From Candidatus Methanosuratincola verstraetei (lineage in GTDB: Archaea; Thermoproteota; Methanomethylicia; Methanomethylicales; Methanomethylicaceae): a DNA stretch of 64,000 nucleotides. Shown piece after piece: positions 9,217 through 18,010 of this stretch. The position numbers and the translations under genes were made by a program. A model generated the notes under the pieces. The model was not told the DNA's origin, made no database searches, and saw only the letters and a list, made by a program, of their open reading frames with translations. The stretch lies in NCBI GenBank assembly GCA_049570475.1, contig CP186953.1, forward strand, positions 1-64,000, in the 5' to 3' direction. Position 1 is the stretch's first letter; every line of letters starts with the position of its first letter.

Positions 9217-9369
9217 CCCAGCCTCACCACCAGATCCACACTCCTCAGATCGGGATATAGGCTTTCCCCCGAGGGCTGCATGATCGAGCTTTGTGCGCGC
9301 TGGTCGATCTTGGTCGCGGAGGAGTTACGGTTATAGCCCCACGCTGCGATCTAGGGTTGGTGGACGCGG

Positions 9370-10308
9370 TTGCCTTATGAAATAGAGTATATCGACGTGG
9401 AGGCGAAGCACAGGCTCTGGTCAGACCTCACGAAGCGCCCCCTCTATACGCGGAAGGCCGACATATACGGGTGCTGCATCAAGCTCCTCACCGACAGCAG
9501 GCTCACCTCCGACCTGTGGTCAGACAACTTCTACTCCTCGGACGAGAACAGGCGGTCCCACGGCAGGCTCCTCGCGGTCGAGGATCCGGTCCAGCCTCCC
9601 CACGTCAAGTACGACCCGTACACAAAGACTGCAATTATCTTCAACATAGACTACTACGGGTGGATCAAGAGCGTGGCCCTCGCGGTCACGGGCGAGATAC
9701 TTGAGGACTCGCACGAGATCTTCTCGGTCCACGGCGCAGCCCTCGACGTCAACGGATCCGGGGTCGCGATCATAGCAGGGAGCGGGGTCGGGAAGACGAC
9801 CCACAGCTGGGGGATGCTCCGGAACCCTGGCGTCAGGCTCCTTGCTGACGACTGGTTCTTCGTCAGGGTCTACGAGAGGAGCCTCCTCGCGTTCGGGTCC
9901 GAGAAGAACTGCTACGTGGACGCGGACCTGGGGCACATCTGGGGGGAGTACAAGAACATGCTCGACCGGGCGGTATTTGACAAGAGGGGGAGGGCCGTCG
10001 TCAACGCCAGGTGGGTTGTAGGGAACGACGGCGTGATCCCGATGACGACGCTCCGGAAGGTGGTACTCCTCAAGAGGGACCCGTCGGACGGGGCGGTGAT
10101 CAGGGAGCTGGATCCGGGGGAGGCTTTCGAGATCCTCTCCAGGAACGGTTTCTACAACCCCCACCAGCTCGTCAACGACGGGAGGAAGTTCCAGCTCAGG
10201 AGCGGCTTCTTCAAGACCCTCCTCAGCAGGACGCGGATCTTCCTCGCGAACACAGCGCACCCTGCATCAGAAGTCCAGGACAGGATATTCCAGGCGGTCT
10301 CGGGATGA
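9370..10308 (+). CDS. HPr-kinase/PEPCK-like P-loop protein
   Basis: HGAAL...GSGVGKTT...LLADDW. Confidence 0.7.
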   Translation: MPYEIEYIDVEAKHRLWSDLTKRPLYTRKADIYGCCIKLLTDSRLTSDLWSDNFYSSDENRRSHGRLLAVEDPVQPPHVKYDPYTKTAIIFNIDYYGWIKSVALAVTGEILEDSHEIFSVHGAALDVNGSGVAIIAGSGVGKTTHSWGMLRNPGVRLLADDWFFVRVYERSLLAFGSEKNCYVDADLGHIWGEYKNMLDRAVFDKRGRAVVNARWVVGNDGVIPMTTLRKVVLLKRDPSDGAVIRELDPGEAFEILSRNGFYNPHQLVNDGRKFQLRSGFFKTLLSRTRIFLANTAHPASEVQDRIFQAVSG

Positions 10309-10374
10309 ACCATCCCGATTCGAGAACAGTTAAATACCCCGCCGGCTCGACTTACTCCCACTGAGGGCTAGAAA

Positions 10375-11649
10375 ATGCAGAAGAAGCACGTGCTCTACAT
10401 CCTGCTTGACGGGCTCGGCGACCGCCCGGTGGCAGAATTCGGCAACAGGACCCCGCTCGAGGCGGCGAACCGCCCGAAGATGGACGCGCTTGCCAGGGGA
10501 GGGAGATCTGGCGTCGTCTACACGGTGGGCAGGGGGATCGCGCCCGAGTCGGACGTGGCCGTGATAAGCATGCTCGGCTACGACCCCCACAAGACCTACA
10601 CCGGGAGGGGGCCGATCGAGGTCTTCGGGTCTGGGATGTCGATGGAGAACGGGGACCTCGCAGTCCGGTGCAACTTCGCAACCTTCAGCAGCGACTTCAC
10701 AATAATCGACAGGCGGTGCGGCAGGTCGCTCACGACCGAGGAAGCCAGGGTGCTCGCCGACGCGATCAACAGTGAGGTGACCCTCGAGTCCCACCCGGCT
10801 GAGTTTGAGTTCAGGAGCACGGTCGGGCACAGGGGCGTCCTCCTGATCAGGTGCAAGGAGGGCAAGCTCTCAGGGAACATCTCGAACACAGACCCCGCCT
10901 ACCTCAAGAAGGGCGGGATGGGGATAGCGCTCGAGACCTTCGAGAACAAGGTCCAAAACGCGGCCCCGCTCGACGGGAGCGAGGAGGCCAGGAGGGCTGC
11001 GGATCTGCTGAACGAGTTCACCCGGAAGAGCTACCAGGTGCTCGAGTCCCACCCGATAAACATGGACCGCAAGGCGCATGGGAAGCCGCCCGCGAATGGG
11101 ATACTCGGGAGGGACGCAGGGTCTTCGCTGCCAAACTTCACCCCAGTCACTGATCTCTACGGGATGGAGTTCGCTGCATTGGTCGAGATGCCAGTCGAGC
11201 GTGGGATAGCGCTCCTCTGCGGCATGGACACCGTCGAGCTCCCGAAATCGACAGGCGACCTCTCCCTGGACTACGAGAAGAGGGCCGAGCTCGCGAGCGA
11301 GCTGATCCAGTGCTACGGGGGCGTCTACATACACATAAAGGGGCCGGACGAGCCAGCCCACGACGGGGACTGCGCCAAGAAGAGGAGGTCGATCGAGATG
11401 ATCGACGAGCACTTCTTCGGGCACCTCCATTTGGATTTGGATAGCACCGCGGTCGTGGTCACAGCGGATCACTCGACGCCATGCTCTCTGAGGGCCCACT
11501 CCGACGATCCTGTGCCGCTCATTGTGGCTGGAGCCGGGATAGGGACCGACGGGACGGCCGAGTTCGGCGAGTCGGCGTGCAGGAAAGGATCCCTTGGGGA
11601 GATCGACGGGGTCGACCTCCTGAAAAGGGTAATAAGGATGGTCTCCTAG
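10375..11649 (+). CDS. apgM: 2,3-bisphosphoglycerate-independent phosphoglycerate mutase
   Basis: DGLGD, TPLE, PESD, KGPDEPAHDG, TADHSTP. Confidence 0.92.
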   Translation: MQKKHVLYILLDGLGDRPVAEFGNRTPLEAANRPKMDALARGGRSGVVYTVGRGIAPESDVAVISMLGYDPHKTYTGRGPIEVFGSGMSMENGDLAVRCNFATFSSDFTIIDRRCGRSLTTEEARVLADAINSEVTLESHPAEFEFRSTVGHRGVLLIRCKEGKLSGNISNTDPAYLKKGGMGIALETFENKVQNAAPLDGSEEARRAADLLNEFTRKSYQVLESHPINMDRKAHGKPPANGILGRDAGSSLPNFTPVTDLYGMEFAALVEMPVERGIALLCGMDTVELPKSTGDLSLDYEKRAELASELIQCYGGVYIHIKGPDEPAHDGDCAKKRRSIEMIDEHFFGHLHLDLDSTAVVVTADHSTPCSLRAHSDDPVPLIVAGAGIGTDGTAEFGESACRKGSLGEIDGVDLLKRVIRMVS

Positions 11650-11687
11650 GGGAAGTCAAAATTAGACAAGGAAGGTGATCTATCTAC

Positions 11688-12113
11688 ATGTCGAATGTGC
11701 CGAAGCGCCTTTACAGGTCTAACTCGAGCAGGATACTCGGAGGGGTCTGCGGCGGGATAGCAGAGTACTTCAATGTCGACCCGGTGATAATTAGGCTCAT
11801 CTGGATAGTCTTCACGGTGATTTACGGGTTCGGAATCCTCTTGTACCTGATCGCCTGGGTGATCATCCCCCCTTCGCCGGAAGGATCCTCCCCGCCCCAG
11901 CAGGGGATCGGGACTGCAGCATTCTCCTTTGACAGGCGAGCCCAGAAAGCACTGGTTGCATTGGGCCTCATCCTCGTGCTGATCGGTGTGCTCGAGGTCA
12001 CGCGGCTCTCGGCGCCTATCAAGGCGCTCATTGCGACCGCCTTCTCCTTTCCCTTTGTTTTTATATGGCTAGGCATACTCGTAATAGTGATAGCATTGAT
12101 GAGCCGGAGATAA
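11688..12113 (+). CDS. PspC domain membrane protein
   Basis: KRLYRS...GGVCGGIAEYFNVDP. Confidence 0.9.
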   Translation: MSNVPKRLYRSNSSRILGGVCGGIAEYFNVDPVIIRLIWIVFTVIYGFGILLYLIAWVIIPPSPEGSSPPQQGIGTAAFSFDRRAQKALVALGLILVLIGVLEVTRLSAPIKALIATAFSFPFVFIWLGILVIVIALMSRR

Positions 12114-12119
12114 ACCGCC

Positions 12120-13340
12120 TTGTCGCTGGGCCCTGTGCTTGCACTGTCGGTAGCGGCCGCTGTTGTCATGCTAGGGTTCGGGATAATAATGCCATTCCTG
12201 CCCGTCTACGCACAGCTGCTCGGCGCCGCAAGCGGGGTCGACATAGGCATCCTCTCCTCCGCCTTCCTGATCACAAGGACGCTGCTGGCGACGCCTGCCG
12301 GATCTTTCTCAGACAGGCTGGGGAGGAAGCGGATAATAATCGCCGGGCTGGCGATCTACTCCGTCCTTTCGGTGCTGTTTGCCTTCGCCTCCACCTGGAT
12401 CGAGCTGATAATGTACCGGGCCCTCCAGGGGGTGGCGTCCGCATTGGTCTGGCCAGCCTCGACTGCACTCGTCGCGGACATGTCCCTCCCTGAGAGGAGG
12501 GGGACGGCCATGGGCCTGTTCAACTCAGTGTCGATGAGCGGCTGGATGATCGGTCCGGCGCTCGGCGGCGCGATCCAGTGGTACTCCAGGAACGCCCTGG
12601 GGATGGGGCTGCTGGACAGCTTCAGGACCCCGTTCTACGTCTCGGCGATCCTCTCGCTGATATCGATGATCCTCGTGGTTGTGCTCGTGAAGGCAGCAAA
12701 AGCACCAGGGCCGAGGAGCAAGAGGCTCGGCTTGCCCATGAAGGAGATCGATCCGAGATTCAGGAGGAGCGTTTACGTCCTTCTGTTCCTGTTGATCTCG
12801 TACGGCTTCGCGACATCCTTCGTAGAGCCAATGCTCGTCTACTTCGTCCAGCACGAGTACAGCCTGAGCGAGGACCTCGTCGTATCTAACATGGCAATCG
12901 TCTTCACGATATCCGGGGTCGTCATGCTCGGCACCCAGCTCCTCGGCGGGAGGATCGCCGACCGCTACAGCAAGAAGAGGACGATACTCTCTACGTCAGC
13001 GGTAGCCCAGGCCCTGACGATGGCCATGCCCTTCTCGAGGGACGTGGGGGAGATAGGGTCTGTGATGGTCGCGAGATCGGCGTTCTACGGCCTGGGGTCA
13101 CCTGCCTACACCGCGTTCCAGCAGAACCTGCTCCCGTCGAAGGTCAGGGGAGCCTTGACCGGGCTCTTCGACACTGCCTTCGGATTTGGGGCATTCGCCG
13201 GGCCGATAGCCGGTTTCTTCCTCTACGACACCGTCTCCCACAGCTCGCCCTTCCTGGCGAGCGGCTTGCTGGGCATCGCCACGCTGGTGGCAATCGTGCT
13301 CTTCACGTACGAGCCAAAGCGTGAAGAGGTGCCCGCTTGA
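12120..13340 (+). CDS. MFS transporter
   Basis: GSFSDRLGRKR motif A, about 12 TM helices. Confidence 0.92.
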   Translation: MSLGPVLALSVAAAVVMLGFGIIMPFLPVYAQLLGAASGVDIGILSSAFLITRTLLATPAGSFSDRLGRKRIIIAGLAIYSVLSVLFAFASTWIELIMYRALQGVASALVWPASTALVADMSLPERRGTAMGLFNSVSMSGWMIGPALGGAIQWYSRNALGMGLLDSFRTPFYVSAILSLISMILVVVLVKAAKAPGPRSKRLGLPMKEIDPRFRRSVYVLLFLLISYGFATSFVEPMLVYFVQHEYSLSEDLVVSNMAIVFTISGVVMLGTQLLGGRIADRYSKKRTILSTSAVAQALTMAMPFSRDVGEIGSVMVARSAFYGLGSPAYTAFQQNLLPSKVRGALTGLFDTAFGFGAFAGPIAGFFLYDTVSHSSPFLASGLLGIATLVAIVLFTYEPKREEVPA

Positions 13341-13428
13341 GGGGCGTGGCATTGCCCCCTCTTGGATCCAAGAGTTCAATCAACCAATTAATTAATGCTT
13401 ATAAACCGAACAACACTACATTTTCTCG

Positions 13429-14106
13429 GTGTCTGCTTTGCCAAAGATCAAGTGCAAGAAAGTAACCTGGGAAGAAGTCGAGGAATGGAGCCGCATCGTC
13501 TCTGACAGCGTCTATTCGTCCGGGTGGATCCCGGATGTAGTTGTCGCAATCTCGAGGGGCGGGTATGTGCCCGCGAGGCTGGTCTGCGACAGGCTCGTAG
13601 TGGGGGAGCTAGTATCCCTGCAGATCTCGCACTGGCCCTCTGCCGCCCAGATGGCAAAGGAGGCTGGCGTCCGCACACCACTGCACTGCAACATGGGCGG
13701 GAAGAAGGCCCTCATCGTGGATGACATCGCAGACACCGGGGAGTCCCTGATAATCGCGAAGGACCACGTCTGGACGAACTGCAGGCCGGACGCGATCAGG
13801 ATAGCCTCGCTCCAGTGGATCTCCGGGAGCAGCAAGATACGCCCGGACTACTATGCCGAAGAGGTGAAGGAATGGATCTGGTACCAGTACCCATGGAGCA
13901 GGCTTGAGGACATAATAGGCTTCGTGAAGAAGGTCGTCGAGGAGAGCCCCGGCAAGGAGGCGTGGTCCCTCGATGAGATCATTGGCAAGGTCAGGGAGTG
14001 GTATGGCGTCGAGTTCGATCGCTGGTTCTTCGAGAGGGCGCTGGACAGGCTCGTCTCGAAGGGGCTCCTGAAGAGGGAAGGGGACCGCATAATCGCAAAA
14101 GTATAA
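13429..14106 (+). CDS. purine phosphoribosyltransferase with C-terminal wHTH-like extension
   Basis: ISRGG and IVDDIADTGES PRPP loop. Confidence 0.88.
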   Translation: MSALPKIKCKKVTWEEVEEWSRIVSDSVYSSGWIPDVVVAISRGGYVPARLVCDRLVVGELVSLQISHWPSAAQMAKEAGVRTPLHCNMGGKKALIVDDIADTGESLIIAKDHVWTNCRPDAIRIASLQWISGSSKIRPDYYAEEVKEWIWYQYPWSRLEDIIGFVKKVVEESPGKEAWSLDEIIGKVREWYGVEFDRWFFERALDRLVSKGLLKREGDRIIAKV

Positions 14107-14130
14107 ATGAGATCTTGGTTGGTGTTGGGC

Positions 14131-14925
14131 ATGTCTTTCAAGTGTAATGCTGAGATCGGGATAATAGGCGGGAGCGGGTTCTACGACCCGGCCATGTTCG
14201 ACTCTGTTTCCGAGGTGAAGATCCACACGCCTTTTGGACCCCCCTCCGACATCATCTCTGTGGGCGATCTTAGGGGCGTCCGCGTGGCTTTCCTCCCCAG
14301 GCACGGGAAGAGGCACTCGATACCCCCCCACCTCATCAATTACCACGCAAACATATGGGCGCTAAGGGACCTCGGCGTGAGGAGGATACTCGCCCCGTCC
14401 GCAGTGGGCAGCCTGAAGGAGGAGATCAAGCCAGGCGACCTCGTGATCCCGGACCAGTTCATCGACTTCACCAAGAACAGGCGATATTCGTTCTACGACG
14501 GCGCAGTTGTGGGGCATTTCTCGCTTGCGGACCCTTTCTGCCCTGACTTGAACCAGAAGGTGGCCGAAACAGCCAGGAAGCTGGGGATAAGCGTGCATTC
14601 GCCTGCGTGCTATGTGTGCATCGAAGGTCCGCGGTTCTCGACGAGGGCAGAGTCGAGGCTCTTCAGGTCATGGGGCGCCGACATCATCGGGATGACTTTG
14701 GTTCCCGAGGTCGTCCTCGCGAGGGAGGCCGGGATCTGCTACACGACGATCGCCACGGTCACCGACTACGACGTGTGGGCAGAGAAACCGGTCACGGCGC
14801 AGGAAGTGGTGGAGACGCTCAAGTCAAATGTCGAGAAGGCAAAAAAGGTGATATACGAAACGATTCCGGCGATCAGCGAAAGAAGGTGCACATGTGACAG
14901 ATCTTCGGAGAATGCCTTGGTCTGA
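14131..14925 (+). CDS. mtnP: S-methyl-5'-thioadenosine phosphorylase
   Basis: [29 protein letters not shown]. Confidence 0.93.
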   Translation: MSFKCNAEIGIIGGSGFYDPAMFDSVSEVKIHTPFGPPSDIISVGDLRGVRVAFLPRHGKRHSIPPHLINYHANIWALRDLGVRRILAPSAVGSLKEEIKPGDLVIPDQFIDFTKNRRYSFYDGAVVGHFSLADPFCPDLNQKVAETARKLGISVHSPACYVCIEGPRFSTRAESRLFRSWGADIIGMTLVPEVVLAREAGICYTTIATVTDYDVWAEKPVTAQEVVETLKSNVEKAKKVIYETIPAISERRCTCDRSSENALV

Positions 14926-15040
14926 CGGCAGTTGCTGTGCCGATCGGATTGGGAGAGGAGTGTTCAACACTTCTATATTCTTTACCTTAACTGTTTAACA
15001 GTATATATTCAGCCAATTGATATAAAAAATAAAATATACT

Positions 15041-15083
15041 GAAAAACTTTATATATTCGAGTATTTATGTTATATATCGAGTA
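15041..15083 (+). promoter_or_regulatory. BRE/TATA promoter with TATATA(T)TCGAGTA direct repeat
   Basis: GAAAAACTTTATATA; repeat copies at ~15050-15063 and 15071-15083. Confidence 0.55.
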
Positions 15084-15115
15084 GTGGACAATAGAAAAAG
15101 AAGGTGAAATAGAAA

Positions 15116-15166
15116 ATGGAAAAGAAATACAACCCGGTAAAGCCTACCCTGTGGGTGCCTGGTTAG
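15116..15166 (+). CDS. small peptide MEKKYNPVKPTLWVPG (16 aa)
   Basis: SD AAGGTGA upstream, promoter upstream, T-rich tract downstream; below the ORF-track cutoff. Confidence 0.55.
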   Translation: MEKKYNPVKPTLWVPG

Positions 15167-15318
15167 AGCGTAAGAAAAGCAGACCATCTTCGTCCATGTT
15201 TACTTTGCGTTTTGCCTCAGCTGTTTGTACTTTTCTAATTATTCAGCCCCTAAAATGAATAGATGCGAAAATCTGGTTTTTGCCATTCCGATTTTTGGTC
15301 CGGGCGACCTGCTTTGAC

Positions 15319-15876
15319 TCAAAGGCCAATTTCTCCAGCTATCTTCTGCATGCTCTCCAGGGCTATCCCCAAGAACTCCTCGACTGGGATCCCGATTTCC
15401 GCGCATGACGCTATCCTGCCCCTGTCCGCGCCCTTGGCGAAGTCCTTGCTCTTGTACTTTTTCATCAGGGTCTCCACGGTGACGTCCTTGAGCTTCTTGC
15501 TGGGCATGACCAGGGCAGCAGCCACGACTAGACCCGAAACCGCATCGCTCGCTATCAGCGCCTTTTTGAATTTGCTGTCCGGCATCACGCCCGTGTTCTC
15601 GTAGTTGTGCGCCTTTATCGCCTGGATCACATCGTCCTCGACCAGCCCCTCAAGAATGCGCGATGCGACAAGCGTGTGGTCGCCCAGCCCGCTGCAGGCC
15701 TCGAAGTCGATGTCGTGGAGAATGCCAGTGACTTCCCACTTCCCCTCATCCTCGCCGAGCCTCAGCGCGAGCCCCCTCATGACCGCGCCCACTGCGAGCA
15801 TGTGCTTAATGTTGTTCTCTTTCTTGACATGCTTCTTCACGAGTTCAATGGCCTCTTCCCTCAGCACTTGGGACAC
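15319..15876 (-). CDS. HD domain phosphohydrolase
   Basis: KHMLAV...LHDIDFE...H...KAH; KSKDFAKGADR. Confidence 0.9.
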   Translation of the reverse strand: MSQVLREEAIELVKKHVKKENNIKHMLAVGAVMRGLALRLGEDEGKWEVTGILHDIDFEACSGLGDHTLVASRILEGLVEDDVIQAIKAHNYENTGVMPDSKFKKALIASDAVSGLVVAAALVMPSKKLKDVTVETLMKKYKSKDFAKGADRGRIASCAEIGIPVEEFLGIALESMQKIAGEIGL

Positions 15877-15977
15877 CTGATCTATGGGTGGCGGGATGGC
15901 GATAAAAGCCTTGGGGCAGAAATAGGGGCATCCATGTCCGCTTCAAAAAATCAGAGATAAATACCCGCATTGGCTAG

Positions 15978-16313
15978 ATGATCGCGGTGCCCTGCATGCT
16001 CTGCCCCAAGTGCGGTACCGAGAACCAGGAGGACTCTAACTTCTGCAGGAGGTGCGGAAGCAGGCTCGGGAAGACTTTCACCGAAGAGTTCAACGTTGCC
16101 GCGAAGGATCTCGTCTCAAAGATAGAGGACCTGATAAGGGAGGGCAACGTGACCCGCATAATCGTCAAGAACGAACAGGGCAGGGTACTTCTGGAGTTGC
16201 CAGCAACCGTCTTCGTAGTGGGCGCGATCCTTGCTCCCTGGATGGCCGCCTTAGGTGCGATCGCAGCCCTCGCCACCAACTGCAAGGTCGTGGTCGAGAG
16301 GCGTCCCGACTGA
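15978..16313 (+). CDS. zinc-ribbon plus DUF4342 domain protein
   Basis: CPKCG...FCRRCG then KIEDLIREGNVTRIIVK. Confidence 0.85.
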   Translation: MIAVPCMLCPKCGTENQEDSNFCRRCGSRLGKTFTEEFNVAAKDLVSKIEDLIREGNVTRIIVKNEQGRVLLELPATVFVVGAILAPWMAALGAIAALATNCKVVVERRPD

Positions 16314-16430
16314 CCGGGGGACTCAATGAAGTAGAATGATGAAATTGGAAGAACAAAGGCGATCTTCCGGACTGAAGATGGATGGATAGTTGGTTGGGCA
16401 GATAAAAAGCAGAGAAAGAGAAAGAAAGGA

Positions 16431-17807
16431 TCAGGAGTCGCTGTTGAACTTCTTCAGTATTATCCTGGTGTTGGTCCCAGTGACTCCCTTTATCTTCCTT
16501 ATGTTCTCCAGCACTTCGTTCATCTGGTTGACCGTTTCGACGTTCAGCATCACTTCGATGTCAAAGTCGCCGCTTATCTCGAGAACCTTCTGGACACCCC
16601 TGATCCAGAGGATCCGCCTCGCGACAGCTGTGGTGTAGACATTGGACTCGCACTTGACGAGCACCAGCGCTTCGATCTTCTTCGGCACCTGGACCTCGAG
16701 CTTCTTGCCGGCCGCCTTCTCAGCCAGCTCCAGGAGGTCGACGTCGCGGTAGCTCCTGACCTCTGGCCTCTCCTTTATCGCCTGTAGCACCTTCATCAGC
16801 TCCTCCTCGGTCAGGGCCACCCCTAGGCGCTTCAGCCTGTCCTCCAGCGCCACCTTACCAGTGTACTTGCTGATCACGATCTCCCTCTGCCTGCCCACGA
16901 TGCTAGGCGGGAAGGCCTCGTAGGTCTGGGGGTCGAAGATGACCGCGGCCGCATGGACGCCGCCCTTGTGCGAGAAGACGTTCTCGCCGACGATCGGCTG
17001 GAGCGGCGAAACGGGTATGCCGCTGTGCTTCTCGAGCAGCAGCGAGAGCTCCGGGAGCTTCGTCAGGTCGACCGTGTCGACATTGTGCAGCACCTTCAGG
17101 GCGACCGCAAAGGGCTCCAGCGGGGTGATCCCCGCCCTCTCGCCTATGCCGTTCACGGTGGTGTGGACTGCAGTCGCGCCCCCCTCGACAGCGGCTACGG
17201 CGCTCGCGACCGCAAACCCCAGGTCGTTGTGGCAGTGTGCGTCGAGCTCGGCTCCCAGGTCCTTGGAGAGCCTCGAGAATAGTCCCCTCATCTTGTCCGG
17301 AGGCGTGATGCCCACGGTGTCCGGGATGCTTATCCTGTCTGCCCCAGCCTCGATCGCGGCCCTGCATATCCTGACTATGAAGTCGTAATTGCCCCTGGTC
17401 GCGTCCTCTGCAGTGAACCTGACCCTCACACCGTGGTCCCTCGCGTACTGGACGCTCTTCACCGCAGCCTCGATCGCCTTCTCCTCGGTCATTTTCATCG
17501 CCTGGAGCTTCTTCTCCGTGATCCCGAGGAAGATCGCGACGCGATCCACTCCGCACGCGAGCGCGGCATCAACATCAGATATCAGCGCGCGGCTGTGGGC
17601 TAGGATCTCGGCATCGAGCCGCTCCGCCACAATCCTCTTTATCGCCTCGGTCACGTCTTGGGACACGGCTGGATGCCCCGCCTCGATCATGTCAACCCTG
17701 GCCTCGTCCAGCTTTCTTGCTATCTCCACTTTCGCGTCGATGCTGAACGAGACGCCAGGCGTCTGTTCCCCTTCCCTCAGGGTAGTGTCTAGGATCTTGA
17801 CTTTCAT
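16431..17807 (-). CDS. homocitrate synthase-like (LeuA family) with C-terminal Lrp/AsnC (RAM) domain
   Basis: DTTLREGEQ, HCHNDLG, GIGERAG; C-terminal ISGDFDI; start refined to ATG 17807. Confidence 0.85.
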   Translation of the reverse strand: MKVKILDTTLREGEQTPGVSFSIDAKVEIARKLDEARVDMIEAGHPAVSQDVTEAIKRIVAERLDAEILAHSRALISDVDAALACGVDRVAIFLGITEKKLQAMKMTEEKAIEAAVKSVQYARDHGVRVRFTAEDATRGNYDFIVRICRAAIEAGADRISIPDTVGITPPDKMRGLFSRLSKDLGAELDAHCHNDLGFAVASAVAAVEGGATAVHTTVNGIGERAGITPLEPFAVALKVLHNVDTVDLTKLPELSLLLEKHSGIPVSPLQPIVGENVFSHKGGVHAAAVIFDPQTYEAFPPSIVGRQREIVISKYTGKVALEDRLKRLGVALTEEELMKVLQAIKERPEVRSYRDVDLLELAEKAAGKKLEVQVPKKIEALVLVKCESNVYTTAVARRILWIRGVQKVLEISGDFDIEVMLNVETVNQMNEVLENIRKIKGVTGTNTRIILKKFNSDS

Positions 17808-18010
17808 CAGTGGCACCGCAATTAGAATTATTCGAACCGTATATAAGCCTTTTCGTATCTGTTGTTGCTCTTTTTTAACATCAAGAAAGGGAGAAGATTC
17901 GAAAAAAATACCAGAAATGACTAATAACGAGAATGCTCCTGTGGGTAGCATTTAATAAATCTGCGATCCATACTACCACCACAATAAATCAGGTGTGCGA
18001 GGTTCACGAC

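Noticed and set aside
15048-15075. dif-like right arm TTATGTTATAT
   Set aside because: No matching left arm at 6-bp spacing; better explained as promoter repeats
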